Below are positions 25,360-38,546 of a DNA stretch of 64,000 bases, one piece after another. Location of the stretch: assembly GCA_964016885.1 (NCBI GenBank), contig OZ024747.1, positions 31,682,001-31,746,000 on the forward strand, in the 5' to 3' direction. The notes beneath the pieces were generated by a model. That model had not been told where the DNA came from. It made no database searches and was given only the letters and a program-made list of their open reading frames with translations. The translations under genes were made by a program, and so were the position numbers. Positions within the stretch are counted from its first letter, which is position 1. Each line of letters begins with the position of its first letter. The DNA comes from Eledone cirrhosa. Taxonomy: Eukaryota.

Positions 25360-25790
25360 TGGCTGGAGTTAAAGCATTTGAAATGGAGAGAGCAAAACAT
25401 GCAGAACTGAAAAGAAATGGTTGGAAAAATGAGACCAACAGTAATAATGATAAATCTTATCCATCATTGGTTTTCCAGTGCCCTGTGTACCATAGAGTGT
25501 GCCTTTTAAATGCTGGGTTGAAGTCACACCAATGAGCACATGATGGTAAAGTCCAAGTTGACTATTCAAACTTTGTTGCAGAAATTCAGTTCCAGTGCCA
25601 TGTTTGTCAGAAAAATTTGCAAATCAAGTGTTGGATTGAAGTGACATCTAAGCATACACAATAAGCAAACCCAAAGTGAAAACAAAATGAAATGAAACAG
25701 CATTGTATTATTTGTAGACGAGTCTTTCACAGGCTTTCAGGACTTTCAGGACTCAAAAGAACAGTCATAAAGTGCAAGAAGTGGTCAAGC
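25360..25790 (+). mobile_element. RTE LINE C-terminus with about three decayed C2H2 zinc fingers
   Basis: GVKAFEMERAKHAELKR..FQCPVYHRVCLLNAGLKSHQ*AH; FQCHVCQK/CKSSVGLK*HLSIH; HCIICRRVFHRLSGL. Confidence 0.65.
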
Positions 25791-26335
25791 TTTGTAAGGA
25801 GGAGAAAACCTCTATATGTTTTTATAAGTATGCATGAATTGTGTATGATTTATGTAGAGATTTTTCCATGTTGTGTGTACAAATGGGTCAGCAAATGAAG
25901 TCTCACTCATATCTTTGATTTTTGGAATTGTTTCTATGGTTGGATATTTTCCTAACATCAACCTCTTTAGAGGGTATCTGAGTACATTTTAATAGACAAT
26001 CATAAATACAAGAGAGGTTGTTATGCCCTCAACATGACTGAAGGATCCTTTTGATCCTATATTATCGTCACATATCCACCAATCACTTTACAGAGTGTAT
26101 TGGGTTTATTGTATCATAGCATCACGCCTAATGAGATTATTACGTATTTCAGAATACAGAATGATCCTCTTGACTTAGAGAGAGAGAGAGACATGTGTAT
26201 GCATGTAAATGGGGGAATGTACTAATGTTCAACTGATGCAGCAATTTGTTATGCAAAATGAAGTAGATACGCAATCTAAAGAGGCATCAAAGTATATACA
26301 CTAGGGCATTTATGTATGTATTATTATATATGTAT

Positions 26336-26970
26336 GGTAGATTTGCAGTATCGGTAGAGGGTCGGACGCCATGTTGTGTAGCATAGAGTTGCGCCCCTTT
26401 ACGGTCTGAGTTCAAATCCCGCCGGGGTTAACTTTTCCTTTCATCCTTACGGGGTAGCTAAAACAAAGCACCAGTAATACAGTGGGGTAATTGCTGGCCT
26501 TGTGCCAAAAGTAGAAACAATTATTATATATGTATGGAAGTGTGTATAAATCTATATATAAACATATAATAATTGTTTCTACTTTTGACACAAGGCCAGC
26601 AATTACCCAGTACATTACTGGTACTTTATTTTATCGACCCCGTAAGGATGAAAGGCAAAGTTAACCTCGGCGGGATTGGAACTCAGAATGGAAAGGGACG
26701 TAACTCTTTGCGTCAAAGCATGGCGTCCGTCCCTCTACCAATACTGCCAATATATAATAATGATTTCTTATATAGGCACAAGGCCAGCAATTTTGGGGAA
26801 GGGGAAAGTCGATTAAATCGACCCCAGTGCGTCACTGGTACTTTATTTTATCGACCCCGTAAGGATGAAAGGCAAGGTTAACCTCGGCGGGATTTGAACT
26901 CAGAATGGCAAGGGCCGTAACTCTATGCGTTAAAGCATGGCGTCCGACCCTCTACCGATACTGCCAATAT
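26336..26970. mobile_element. Cluster of three Meta-domain SINEs (+ 26336-26525; - 26571-26750; - 26775-26970)
   Basis: Same family motifs in opposing orientations. Confidence 0.85.
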
Positions 26971-27130
26971 ATAATAATACATACATAAATGCCCTAGTGT
27001 ATATACTTTAATGCATCTTTAGATTGTGTATGTACTTCATTTTGCATAACAAATTGCTGCATCAATTGAACATTAGTACATTCCCCCATTTACATGCATA
27101 CACACAGAGGCATGATTATACATGTCTCTT

Positions 27131-27174
<44 letters not shown>

Positions 27175-27178
<4 letters not shown>

Positions 27179-27687
27179 CAAAGTAGGTTGATCAATGTGG
27201 GAGCTAGAGCCGAAAAAGTGGAAATTTGAGTCTAAAAGTGGTATTTTAGAATATTTAAGTGGCTGCCACGCCGTTCCTGAACAACAAATGCAAAATATAA
27301 AGGTATTACAGGATGTGCAATGATAAATTCTATTTTGCTTTAAAATTTGAACGAAATCGGTGGCAAAATGCGGGAGCTAGAGCCCAAAATCTTATTTTTC
27401 GATACCTTAAAAAAGGTGACCCCCCTTATCGATTTTTATCTGCAGAATGACCCCAGAATAAAAACACGATATGCTGATATATTGAAAACACTCCCCGATG
27501 ACTAATCTATGAGCCTATACATCGGTCGTAAGATGTAGGCCCCTTAGGTAATACACAGACACACAGACACGCACATATACTTAATTTTATATATATACAG
27601 ATATAATAGATTAAAATTCATGTACAACATATATATATATACATAGATACATATATGCACGCATATATATATATATGTGTGTGTTTG

Positions 27688-27726
<39 letters not shown>

Positions 27727-28575
27727 TATGTACACGTACATACATATATGTATACAGACGTACAGTAGTATGTATATATATATACATACATGCACACATA
27801 TATATATGTACGTATGGATTCACCGAACATTTATTATAATGCTCGGTGTGTTTGTAAACAAACATCCCGTATTAAGCCGTAGTGTCTAGCAACCATCGTT
27901 GCTCGTTTGTTCAACACTGACAAAGGAACCCTGTACTAGTTTCAAGCTTATTAGCTATCGTCAGCAACGTATACCTTCCTGCCAGATTGTTGAACGTATA
28001 TACTTACCTTATGCATATTAACGGCTGAGTAGCCCAATTTGCATATCGAGTGGGTTAATCGGCCGGATGCACCGAAAACGATAAACGGAAAAAATGAAAC
28101 AAAATTTCATTTCCCACTCTTAGTACGGCTGTTACTTAAATATAAGTATGTACACATACATACATATATGTATACAGACGTACAGTAGTATGTATATATA
28201 TATACATACATGCACACATATATATATGCACACATATATATATGTATACATACATATATATATGTACGTGCACATCCTGTAATGCCTTTATATTTTGCAT
28301 CTGTTGTTCGGGAACGGCGTGGCAGCCACTTAAATATTCAAAAATACCACTTTTAGACTCAAATTACCACTTTTTCGGCTCTAGCTCCCATATTAATCAC
28401 CCTACTTTGTTCAGATTTTCCACTACGCTAGATCTGATTATTTCAAGTCTTAAAGTGGCTTTACATTTTGGATTTTTTGTTCAGGAATGGCGTGGCAGCC
28501 GCTTAAATATTCGAAAATACCACCTTTTCGGCTCTAGCTCCCACATTTTTCAACCGATTTCGTTCAAATTCGAAA
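27175..28575. repeat. Inverted-repeat (foldback/MITE-like) DNA element remnant
   Basis: 27175-27320 is inverted relative to 28269-28413, and about 27340-27385 relative to 28520-28570. No ORF. Confidence 0.6.
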
Positions 28576-28861
28576 CTCCCACCCCCAGCATGCCCCTTCG
28601 TCAGTCACCAGCATTTCTCAATGATAGAGGTCATCACCACCCTCCCCCGCATGGTCTGTGTGTGGCCATATATGAGTTATCGAGAAGCATTCGCTAAGAT
28701 CAACACTTTTTCATCAAAGCAGATATTATTTTACCTACCCAGGCAACGCTGCTGGGTACTGCTGCTAGTATGTCATAAATATAGAAAGTATGTACAACAT
28801 ACAAACACATGCATGCACACACACACACACACATATATATGTACACTTACATGTATGTATA

Positions 28862-29130
28862 TCATCACCATCACCGTTTTACGTCGATTCTTCCATGCTA
28901 GCATGGGTTAGCCGGGTTGTCCTGTAGTGGGCAATGTTAGGTCAGCTGACCTTGTCTTGCTCATACGGGAACTGATTTTGGCTTGATTTCTACAGCTGGA
29001 TGCCCTTCCTAACACCAACCTTATTTACAGTGAGTGCTGGGTGCTTTTATTCCGTGGCGTCTACATGTCCATTTTACTGTGTGGACTGGCTGCTTTTTTG
29101 TTGTGACACCTCCACGACCACTTTGCAGTG
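28862..29130 (-). mobile_element. CORE-type SINE 3' portion
   Basis: Matches 12647-12920. Confidence 0.8.
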
Positions 29131-29243
29131 GGAGGGGGTGATATATATATATACCTACATACATACATATGTGTGTGTGCGCCTTGTGTATGTCTTTTTA
29201 TATATCATACAGATATAAAAGACAGATACTCATTCACAATGTT

Positions 29244-29931
29244 GGCATACGTTAAGACGGGCGTTCGGGAAAGTGAAAGTAAATTTATTTTCATTTTCGA
29301 ACGTCGTGTTTACATTTTGTGTGCGTGTTTAGATCTAAATGAGTGTCGTTTTAACTGATTATATATATATATGTATATGTGTGTGTGTGTGTAGTTGACG
29401 GTTGAGAGAAGAGTACTCAATACCGAAGTAATCTTGTAATGAGGCTTGCACATGCTGGCGACGAAGCTTCTTCTTTGCACGGCTCCATGTGTTCTTTATG
29501 AGCTGTGTGTGCACATCAAGGTCCGCAGGATCTACAAAGTTCCGTTCGTGCACCACAGCATCATGAACGTAAATCCCACCTTCAATTTCCAAATAGGAAG
29601 CCCAACCATTGGAGATGATGCGGCTGCCTGGCAAAATCCCTGCTGAATGATGGGGACGAGAGTGTCAGAGCTTCGATTTGGGAATTCTGCAAGGCAGCAG
29701 CGTCTAGAATGGCGGACTCACCATTCTGCAAGCCTCATTACAAGATTACTTCGGTATTGAGTACTCTTCCCTCAACCGTCAACTACACACACACACACAT
29801 ATATACATATATATATAATCAGTTAAAACGACACTCATTTAGATCTAAACACACACAAAATGTAAACACGACGTTCGAAAATGAAAATAAATTTACTTTC
29901 ACTTTCCCGAACCCCCGTCTTAACGTATGCC
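29244..29931 (-). mobile_element. Merlin (IS1016/ISXO2-like) DNA transposon deletion derivative
   Basis: ~205-bp TIRs starting GGCATACGTTAAGACGGG. Flanking TSD CACAATGTT/CACAATGTC. Internal minus ORF LPGSRIISNGWASY..VVHERNFVDP..VHTQLIKNTWSRAK carries ISXO2-type motifs. Confidence 0.85.
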
Positions 29932-30182
29932 CACAATGTCTTCTTAATGTGTGGTTTTTCTGTTTCTTCACTCTGAACAATCGTCAGTAATTAACTCAAG
30001 TTATTAACTTCATATTTACTATGGCCTATAATAAAGTATGAGAACAGCATCATTGCCTGTATCAAATAGAAACTGAACATTTAGAAGAGTGTGTTTATTT
30101 CAATCTCCATATACATCTATGTGTGAATATGTGTTTGTATGCGTGTGTGTACATCTGTATGTGTGTATGCATATATATATAT

Positions 30183-30343
30183 GGCATACGTCAAGACGGG
30201 CGGTCTGGAAAGTGAAAGTAATTTTTGACACTGTGAATTTTTTTTTTTTTTTTTTTTACAACAGGTCTCAATAGTGTAAGTTACGATACACACGCAATTG
30301 TATGGATTTCTTAATATATATATATGTGTGCCCGTCTTGACGT

Positions 30344-30348
<5 letters not shown>
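30183..30348. mobile_element. Merlin-related MITE (18-bp TIR GGCATACGTCAAGACGGG); inverted second copy at 30772-30926
   Basis: TIRs visible and nearly identical to those of the 29244 element. Both copies sit in (TA)n. Confidence 0.8.
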
Positions 30349-30436
<88 letters not shown>

Positions 30437-30921
30437 TGAAAGATTACTAAAAACTGGACATCGATTGATATTATGTTAGATGTAGCAAGGGCTCTGTGTA
30501 TGGCGAGGACAGAAGTAGACTTTTTAAATAACTATATATAAATATATATTATATATATTATATATATTATAATTCGGTTCTTCCTAGTTAGACGTTCAAA
30601 CGATGTAATAGTATAGGGTTTGTTTTCTCATAGTTCTGATTTATAATGATGTAGTGAGAGACAGTAGATTGTAAACAAATATATAAAAAAAAACACACAC
30701 ATTATATATATATATACACAAACACACATATATATATACACACATATATATATATACATACATATATATATGGCATACGTCAAGACGGGCACACATATAT
30801 ATATATATATTAAGAAATCCATACAATTGCGTGTGTATCGTAACTTACACTATTGAGACCTGTTGTAAAAAAAAACAAAAAACAAATTCAGTGTCAAAAA
30901 TTACTTTCACTTTCCAGACGT

Positions 30922-30952
<31 letters not shown>

Positions 30953-31039
30953 GTAAGAGGTGAGTTTTATTGTAGTACAATAAAGCAATGCAGATATCGG
31001 ATAAGAAGCACTCTACAGTTTGTGGGACTGGAGTATGCA

Positions 31040-31378
31040 TAATATAAGATCAAAAGATGGTTAAAGGAGTTCAACATATTTTATTATGCGCATTTCAAAA
31101 ACAAACATCATCAAACAATAATATTTGTGTTTTCATCAGATAAAACAGGAGAACATGATATGAAGGCTAAAAAAACACTTGTTGATAGTGCAGTTTTAAA
31201 TCAACATATCAACATATATGTTGATTTAAAACTGCACTATCAACAAGTGTTTTTTTAGCCTTCATATCATGTTCTCCTGTTTTATCTGATGAAAACACAA
31301 ATATTATTGTTTGATGATGTTTGTTTTTGAAATGCGCATAATAAAATATATTGAACTCCTTTAACCATCTTTTGATCT

Positions 31379-31385
<7 letters not shown>
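31040..31385. repeat. Near-perfect palindrome with ~170-bp arms, each carrying a hammerhead ribozyme
   Basis: 31040-31209 is the reverse complement of about 31217-31385. I found one mismatch by eye. Confidence 0.92.
31280..31346 (+). ncRNA. Type I hammerhead ribozyme with intact core (mirror copy on minus at about 31079-31145)
   Basis: TTTTAT-CTGATGA-long stem II (AAACACAAATATTATT/GATGATGTTTGTTTTT)-GAAA-TGCGCA-TA-ATAAAA: 6-bp stem I, palindromic stem III. Confidence 0.78.
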
Positions 31386-31425
<40 letters not shown>

Positions 31426-31426
<1 letters not shown>

Positions 31427-34400
31427 TAGCTGAATTACCCACCGTTGCCCGGGTTACTGCTGTTCTTATTCAGATTTGTAAACAATAAATATTAAGATAT
31501 GTTTTATTCTCATAATTATTTCAAAATATCTATATTTTATTAAAAAGATATCAAAATTGTAATAATAGAAATTATAAATGAAAATCTGTCGATCTTGAAG
31601 CACCTCAGGGTAAACAATATTCATTGTGTAATTTTTTGTTGTTGTTCAAATGAATGAATTGTTGCTACACACTCACACTCTCACTCTCATATACATATAC
31701 TAAGACAGACACACACAAGCATACATTCACGCAGACACACGCATAACTTTCACCTCATTTTTGGTCAGTCGCTACATATGTAGATGTGTGTGTATTTAAT
31801 AACGTACCTAATGAACCTGCACACACACACTCACAGACACATACATATTCATATACACACACACACACACACTCACAGACACGTATTCATATACAAAATT
31901 TGACAAAGACGTGTCGTTTTCTATTGTTTTAATGCAAATAAAAATAAAAATTATCAGACATACACTCACACACACACACACTCTCACATACATATACTAA
32001 GACAGACACACACAGACATACATTCACGCACACCTGTCTCTCACCACATATGTATCTGTATGTGTTGATATTGACGTAGATACTTTTTTTAATTTTAGTT
32101 TTTCTCACAAGGCCCGAATTAGATAAAAATTCGAAAAATCCAAAATAATGTTTGGTACATGAGGCACAAAATGGTTTTTTTAAAGTCGGGTGTTCTCTTA
32201 TAGATGGCGCAGTAGACACAAATTTGAAAATGTAATGAATTTGTACGACGGTGAATCCCGGCGTTGCTCGAGATTGCTAGGAAAAACGCAAATGAGAAGT
32301 GCTAGGATGGAATAAGCCAGTAGCCATCGAGTCATCTATTTTATTTATTACGTACAGGTAACAACGAATCAGTCACTGAACAGAAAACATTTTGTGGTAT
32401 CGCGTTTGAGAATGACTTGGTCGTATTCTTTTCACTGTCTCGCCGTATGTTAACCATTGGAGTATCTCTTTCTTCTTTCACGGCTTTTACGTAAGACAAA
32501 AGAAACTGCTTTTGGTTAGCAAGGGAAATAAGAAATAATCAGGGTTGTGCAATAAAAGGTATATATTTACCTTCCTCCTCGTATTTTTGATTATAACACC
32601 TCGTTGTAAACAATGTTCTTTGTTTTTCCGCGTCGTGCAAATGCGAAAAGGTTTCCTCTGCTTCCCACTCGGGAACACCCAACTCACAATTGTCCGTGTG
32701 AGAAACATGTCTCTTCCAAGAGAAGTCCGGTCACAGACAGGGTCTGACTTTGAGATTTGTTAATGGACATTGCAAAGCTGACACGAATTGGAAATTGCAG
32801 ACGTCTGAATGAAAAGGGAATTTCTGCTCCTGATCGATGAGAGGGATCTTTGGAATGAAGATGTCGTCATCACCTTTTCCACATCCAGAAAGAATTGTTG
32901 CCTCGATAACATGTGACATCATTTTCTTTACCACCAGTCATATCCCATTGCACAGTCTTGGCTGATCTAGATTCCTAAGCAACATTACAGGAGTTCCAAC
33001 TTTAAGTCCTAATATGTGGGGAAGTAGTCCGGGGGGCTCCAAATAAATTGAGAAATTCTGGAGGATAGTTCACCACTTCATTGTGATCTGGGATTGGGTC
33101 GACAGACTTGTAAGTGTGAAGATTTCCTGGAAGAGACAGCATTAACTGTTCGTTGAGTTTATTAACAGCAATGCTTTTTGGAGCTCTTTCGCACAGCCAA
33201 TTGTGATTTTGGTAATTTTCTGTCGAGTTCGGAAACACTTGATCTTTCATCTCCTCCACAGAATTAACAATGGTACAAAATGGCCAGACGTCCATTTCTC
33301 CGGCAGCGTCGAGAGGCACCTTGCCATCGCCAAGTGTCAAAATGTCTTGTGCAAACGTGGCGGACATGTGGTCACCGTGAAGTTGAGCACACATGTTAGT
33401 GGTAAGAGTCAGGGTCGTAACGTGTTGCCACAATGGAGAGGATTTAAGGCACGCCTGGACTTCATCTGCGCTGGTGCCTTTGGAAATGACGGGAAGAGTC
33501 TGTCTGAAATCACCAGACAACAGAAGCGTTACACCTCCCATTGGGGCATGACAATCTCTATCTTTAAGGGTTGTATCTACTGCTTCCAGAGCTCCTTTGT
33601 GGACAATGGTGCACTCATCCCACACAATGAGATGATACCGTTTGAGGACCTGACCCTGGTCTGAGCTTTTACTGATGTTGCAAAATCCAGGGGGAGTTTA
33701 AAAGTCGAGTGCGCTGTCCTGCCACCTGGCAGCAAAGTAGCAGCAATCCCAGAGAAGGCAGCAGCTACAGCGATATCCCTATGCTGCCTAACCTTTGCAA
33801 GGAGGAGCTTCGTTACAAAAGTTTTTTTCCTGTCCCTCCAGGTGCATCCAGGAAGAAGATACCTCCTTTTCGGTGGCGTACATGGTCGACAATTGTGCTG
33901 TAAGTCGGTTGTTGGTCTGGAAACAGTTGTGGTTCAGTGTCGATAACATATTGGGAAAGAGCATCAATGTTGTAGGATGGCTGTGGGAAGTACGTTTGAC
34001 CCTGTTCAGAATGTTTGAGGCAGGCCATATGTGGGCATATCATTTCTACCGAGTGAAACAATCCTATCTTCTATATCAATCAGTGCTCTGTTATAGACCT
34101 CATCGCTGGAACCTCCCATGTCAGGGTACTGCAGTTGTGCCAGACGTTTAAAATCCTCATAATGATCATCTCTGTACTTGAACCACAAATACGAAGGATT
34201 ACGCAATTCACATGTTTGCAACAGTAATGCAAATAAAACCCTGAGACGTTTTGGTGATTGTAATACAACAGCCTCTGACAAAGTTGGATCCCGCTGTACA
34301 CCAGCTTCTAACAAACCATGTTTAAAGCATGCTTCCCTGTATGTGGCACATACATACCCCTCAACAGTTCTTAGGTGGTTGAAAGAACGGGGTCCTCTGA

Positions 34401-35600
34401 CCTCATGCAATAGTAGATGGAGATAGGAACACTCGTGCTGGATGGGATGCACTTTGTAAACTCTCCCAAGGCAATTGTCAAACCTAATGCTAGGATATCA
34501 AACAACAGCGTGACCTGCCTTTCTTTGAACCCATTTTCTTTTATTCCATTTATAGTACGACGGAACCTGAGGATATAGCAAGGTCTGTGCGAATGTATCG
34601 CCTTGAAGAAGCTTGAAAAAGGCAGTAAGTGTGGTTTCCCTTGGTTCCTCTGCCAACTGAGCAGCATTGGCGTCGGTAAAGTAAACCCTTTGGCCATTTT
34701 CCAGGTGTACTGCAAGCTGTTCGATAGAAGGGTGCATTTGGTGTAAAGGGAAGCCGAAAATACGCCAGAAAGCCTCATTGCTGCTGATGTAACGTCCGAC
34801 CTGGTACTGTGTCAATTCATCCCGACTGTTTTCCTGTTGAAGGCCAAATATATCAGCATCGGAACCCTTATTTACATACTTACATATGTACTTGATAGAC
34901 TTGACAGTATTGCAAAACTCGACATTGATGTGGGCGCTGAATGCCTTGGATAGGAGTGGGTAGTAGGGAACAATCCATCTGTTGTCAACCTCATGCGGTC
35001 CAATGTGTGCTGTAAAACCGCCATCTTCTAGTTTCCGTCATCCGTATAATGGATATCCATCAATACCAGTCTGGGTTTCCATAAGGAACTTCCTGGGAAA
35101 CCTTTTGGGGCACACATTGTCTTTCAAACAGGGCGAGCTTAGATTGAAGCCACGTCCCCATGCACCATGTACCATGTTTGTCTTCACTATAACGTAGAGA
35201 TATTTTTCGCTGGATGGGTCAGGAAGCTCTGCAGAGATTATCTTGTCAATATCATTGGAATTTATCTTGGTTGATAACCAAATCAGAATGTGAGTATGTG
35301 GAAGGCCCGTTTTCTGCCATTCGACTGTGTACATGTCAGATTTACAGGTCGAAAGACTTTCCCTTTCTTGTTGAGGTCCATAAGGTTGATTAACTTCAGT
35401 CGAAAGACTCGGGATAGGAGGTCATGTCTGTCTTTGACCTGTTGACCAAGGAAGAGTTCTGCCTCAATCTCTTTCCATTTAGGATTACAAATGAAAGTTA
35501 TAAACAGATCAGGCCTGCCGTAATGATGTACATATGTCATCCCATCCTAAGTTCTCTCATGCATGTAGCGTGGACTTCCGGTGAAGATGGAAGGTAGGAT
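31426..35600 (-). mobile_element. Decayed autonomous Helitron (Rep HUH + PIF1 helicase), 5'-truncated
   Basis: YGRPDLFITFICNPKW, YTVEWQKTGLPHTHILIWL, AHINVEFCNTVKSIKYICKYVNKG, FFLDAPGGTGK, WDECT, GDFRQTLPV and C-terminal TMNIVYPEVL (about 31595-31625). 3' hairpin plus CTAG at 31426-31453. Many stops and frameshifts. Confidence 0.92.
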
Positions 35601-35989
35601 GCAGTCGCAAACTGGAGGCGTTATGACGATGTAGCTTTTTCTTATTTGTTATATTTAAAGAGAGAGAGGCAGAAAAAGAGTGATATTCCGTTATACAGAG
35701 AAAGATAAATATCGCCTTAAACTATAGATCAAAGTAAATCAGTTGAAGGTTTAACAATGAATAATTTCAAATAGTATCAATTTTTCTTTGTTCTGTAAAA
35801 TGAAAGACTGTAAAACGACTTATTAAACCTTCAACTGATATACTTTAATGAAATAAAGTCGGGAACATAATGCATGTGTTAGTACGGTCTGTAAGTAGTA
35901 TCTAAACTATAATAAAGTAAGGTCTGCGGGCCTACGTACGTTTATTTCTTTTAATCCAGTTAGTAAAATAAGTTGGATTACTTTGAATA

Positions 35990-36250
35990 AATAATTGTTT
36001 CTACTTTTGGCACAAGGCCAGAAATTATCCCAGCGTATTACTGGTACTCTATTTTATCGACCCCGTATTTGAATAAATAATTGTTTCTACTTTAGGCACA
36101 AGTGCATTACTGGTACTTTATTTTATCGACCCCGTAAGGATGAAAGGCAAAGTCAACCTCAGCTGGATTTGAACTCAGATCGTAAAGGGACGTAACTATG
36201 CTGGAATGCATGGCGTCCGACTCTCTACCGATACTGCCAATCCACCGCAT
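35990..36250 (-). mobile_element. Meta-domain SINE (with partial tandem duplicate) inserted in an AATAAAT repeat
   Basis: Reverse complement of the 21095 family, flanked by TTTGAATAAATAAT. Confidence 0.8.
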
Positions 36251-37019
36251 TTGAATAAATAATGAATAAATAATAAATAATGAATAAATAATAAATAATG
36301 AATGAATATTACATAATTTATGTACTAAATTTCGTAAACATAAATAATTTCGTAAAAATAAATAATTTAAAATTTACTTCTTTTCAAAGTTGCACTTCCA
36401 GTACATCGTCGTCACCACCACTACATCAACTACCATATATATAGAAAGAGAGAGTATGTGATGAGAGAGATAGAGAGATTATGATTTTCTACACGCTGAC
36501 GCGTATGAATGTGCACATACATCTATATGTATGAGTATATAACTATTATAAGTATATAACTATAATCGCGCAAACAAACATAAAAATACACGGACATACA
36601 TTCACACAAATACACATACTTTCACACAAATATACATACATTTACATACTGTCACACAAACATACATCCATTCACACATACTTTCACACATATACATTTA
36701 CACAAACATACATACATAACTCACACATACATTCATACAAACTCACACATAGTCATGATAGCGTTCGGTGAATTGGAGATGGGAGGGTAAAACAAATATA
36801 ACGTTTTATTTATTTATTAACACTCTTTTAAAAACGCATTTAATATAATGGTTACAGAACGAAATCACTAACAAATATAATATATACAAAGGAAATGGAA
36901 AGGAAAAAAAGAAAGAGAAATAATACACAAGCAGGTAATACACACATCTTAGACCACAGAACAATATGCAGGCGAAAGAGTGGTAAACGAGCCGCTACCA
37001 GAGCAAAAGATAGCAATAT

Positions 37020-37410
37020 AACGTGGAGTACTGGGAAATCTCTCTAATAATTTTGAAGGCAGGCCAGCACGCCTGCAGCATTACCTGGGGTGATGGCGAG
37101 GCTGAGGTGCTGGAACAACCAAGTGCCCTCACGAGCATCACCAGTTACCTCTGTTTGGCGAGGCGCCAGAGAAGTAGCCCGATTCCCTCGAACGCCACAG
37201 GCTGGATAATGTAGTTAGCTGACAGAACACGGTATTTTAGGATTTTGTTCCGTTCAGCTGCGGATGCTGTAGGTCTCGCCCTTACCGCTGCATTCAGAAT
37301 GTGGGAAGAAGCAAAAGAGTCACTAACTTTGACGTCCCAGGTAAGGCACCGCCTCTTGACCAGGAGCACAGGATAAGACCATAGAGGGGATATTTGCCCG
37401 GGTCAAAGCT
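37020..37410 (-). mobile_element. CRE-like non-LTR element C-terminal RLE fragment
   Basis: RCLTWDVKVSDSFASSHI..AASAAERNKILKYRVLSANYIIQPVAFEGIG. Confidence 0.7.
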
Positions 37411-37609
37411 CTTTAGTGGTAATAAGACAGTGTGTGTATGTGCACGCGTGAGTTTGTCGGCGTTCTTAAATTAGAGACACGTGTGTGTGTCACTGTTTTT
37501 AAGTTAGAGACATATATGTGTGTATCCCTTTCCTTCCTTTTACACACACATACATTCACACAAACACACATACACATTGTGTGATGGACGGGTGGACAGA
37601 AGTCCCTCA

Positions 37610-38190
37610 AATTTATATACATGTAAATAGAGTTCTACTGAAGCAGTTAGAGAAGTTCAAGTATCTTGGAGCTGTGTTCATGAGTGATGGAAGGCAGGAG
37701 GCTGAATTAAGTGGAAGAATTGCAAAAGCTGATGCAGTAAAGCACCAGCCTCAGCAATCAGATGAAGGGGTAGGTGTAAAAGCCAAACTCACTGTCTTCC
37801 TGGTATTCCTGCCAACTCTTACCGAGAATCATGAATCTTGAGCAATGACAAAAAGAATACAATTGCAAATAAAGATGGCAGAAATGGGATTCCTCCGAAG
37901 GGTCTTTGGAGTAACGTTACTCGATAATATGCATAACTCAGAGAGTCACTCCTGGTAGAGCCGCTACTTATCTGAATTGAGAGATCACAACTGCGATATT
38001 ATGAGCATGTGGCAAGAATGTCTCAGTAAAGAATCGCTGGACACATTTTACAGGCAAAACCAAACGGCAAGAGACCCTGAGCAAGATAGTTGGATAACAT
38101 CCATGAGCTTGGCTGGTCACGCTTTGGGATCCAGCTGGATCAGTTAGAGATGTTTGCAGACTCGCTCAGAAATAAATGGGTGAAGAAGAT
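37610..38190 (+). mobile_element. Old RTE LINE 3' fragment (distinct family, no PHD insert)
   Basis: LKQLEKFKYLGAVFMSDGRQEAELSGRIAKA..FLPTLT..ES*AMTK..AEMGFLRRV. Confidence 0.8.
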
Positions 38191-38270
38191 ATCGTCAATT
38201 TACTTTTCAATTTACATATATCTATATGCATATATATTTGCGTATAATACCAATATGCACACAACATATG

Positions 38271-38504
38271 CTAGCAGAAAACCGGTTTTTCTTATACTAT
38301 GGATAAAAAGCTGTAAACTGTAAAAGTTATTGACAAAAATTTTTTTTAAGGCGGGTTTTCTATTATAGAGGGCGCAGTAGGCACAAATCTGAAATGGTAA
38401 TGAGTTCATACAAAGGTCAGGAGCATAACGCATGTTTGTGCCAAATTTGAAGAAAGTCGGTTGCACGGAAACAGACACAGACACACACAGTCTATTTTAT
38501 ATAT

Positions 38505-38507
<3 letters not shown>
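38271..38507 (-). mobile_element. Short non-autonomous Helitron
   Basis: TC..CTAG termini on minus. Shares internal sequence with 32150-32245. Confidence 0.55.

Positions 38508-38546
<39 letters not shown>

Noticed and set aside
33002-33625. Host PIF1 helicase gene
   Set aside because: Collinear with Helitron Rep motifs and Helitron termini, and riddled with stops and frameshifts.
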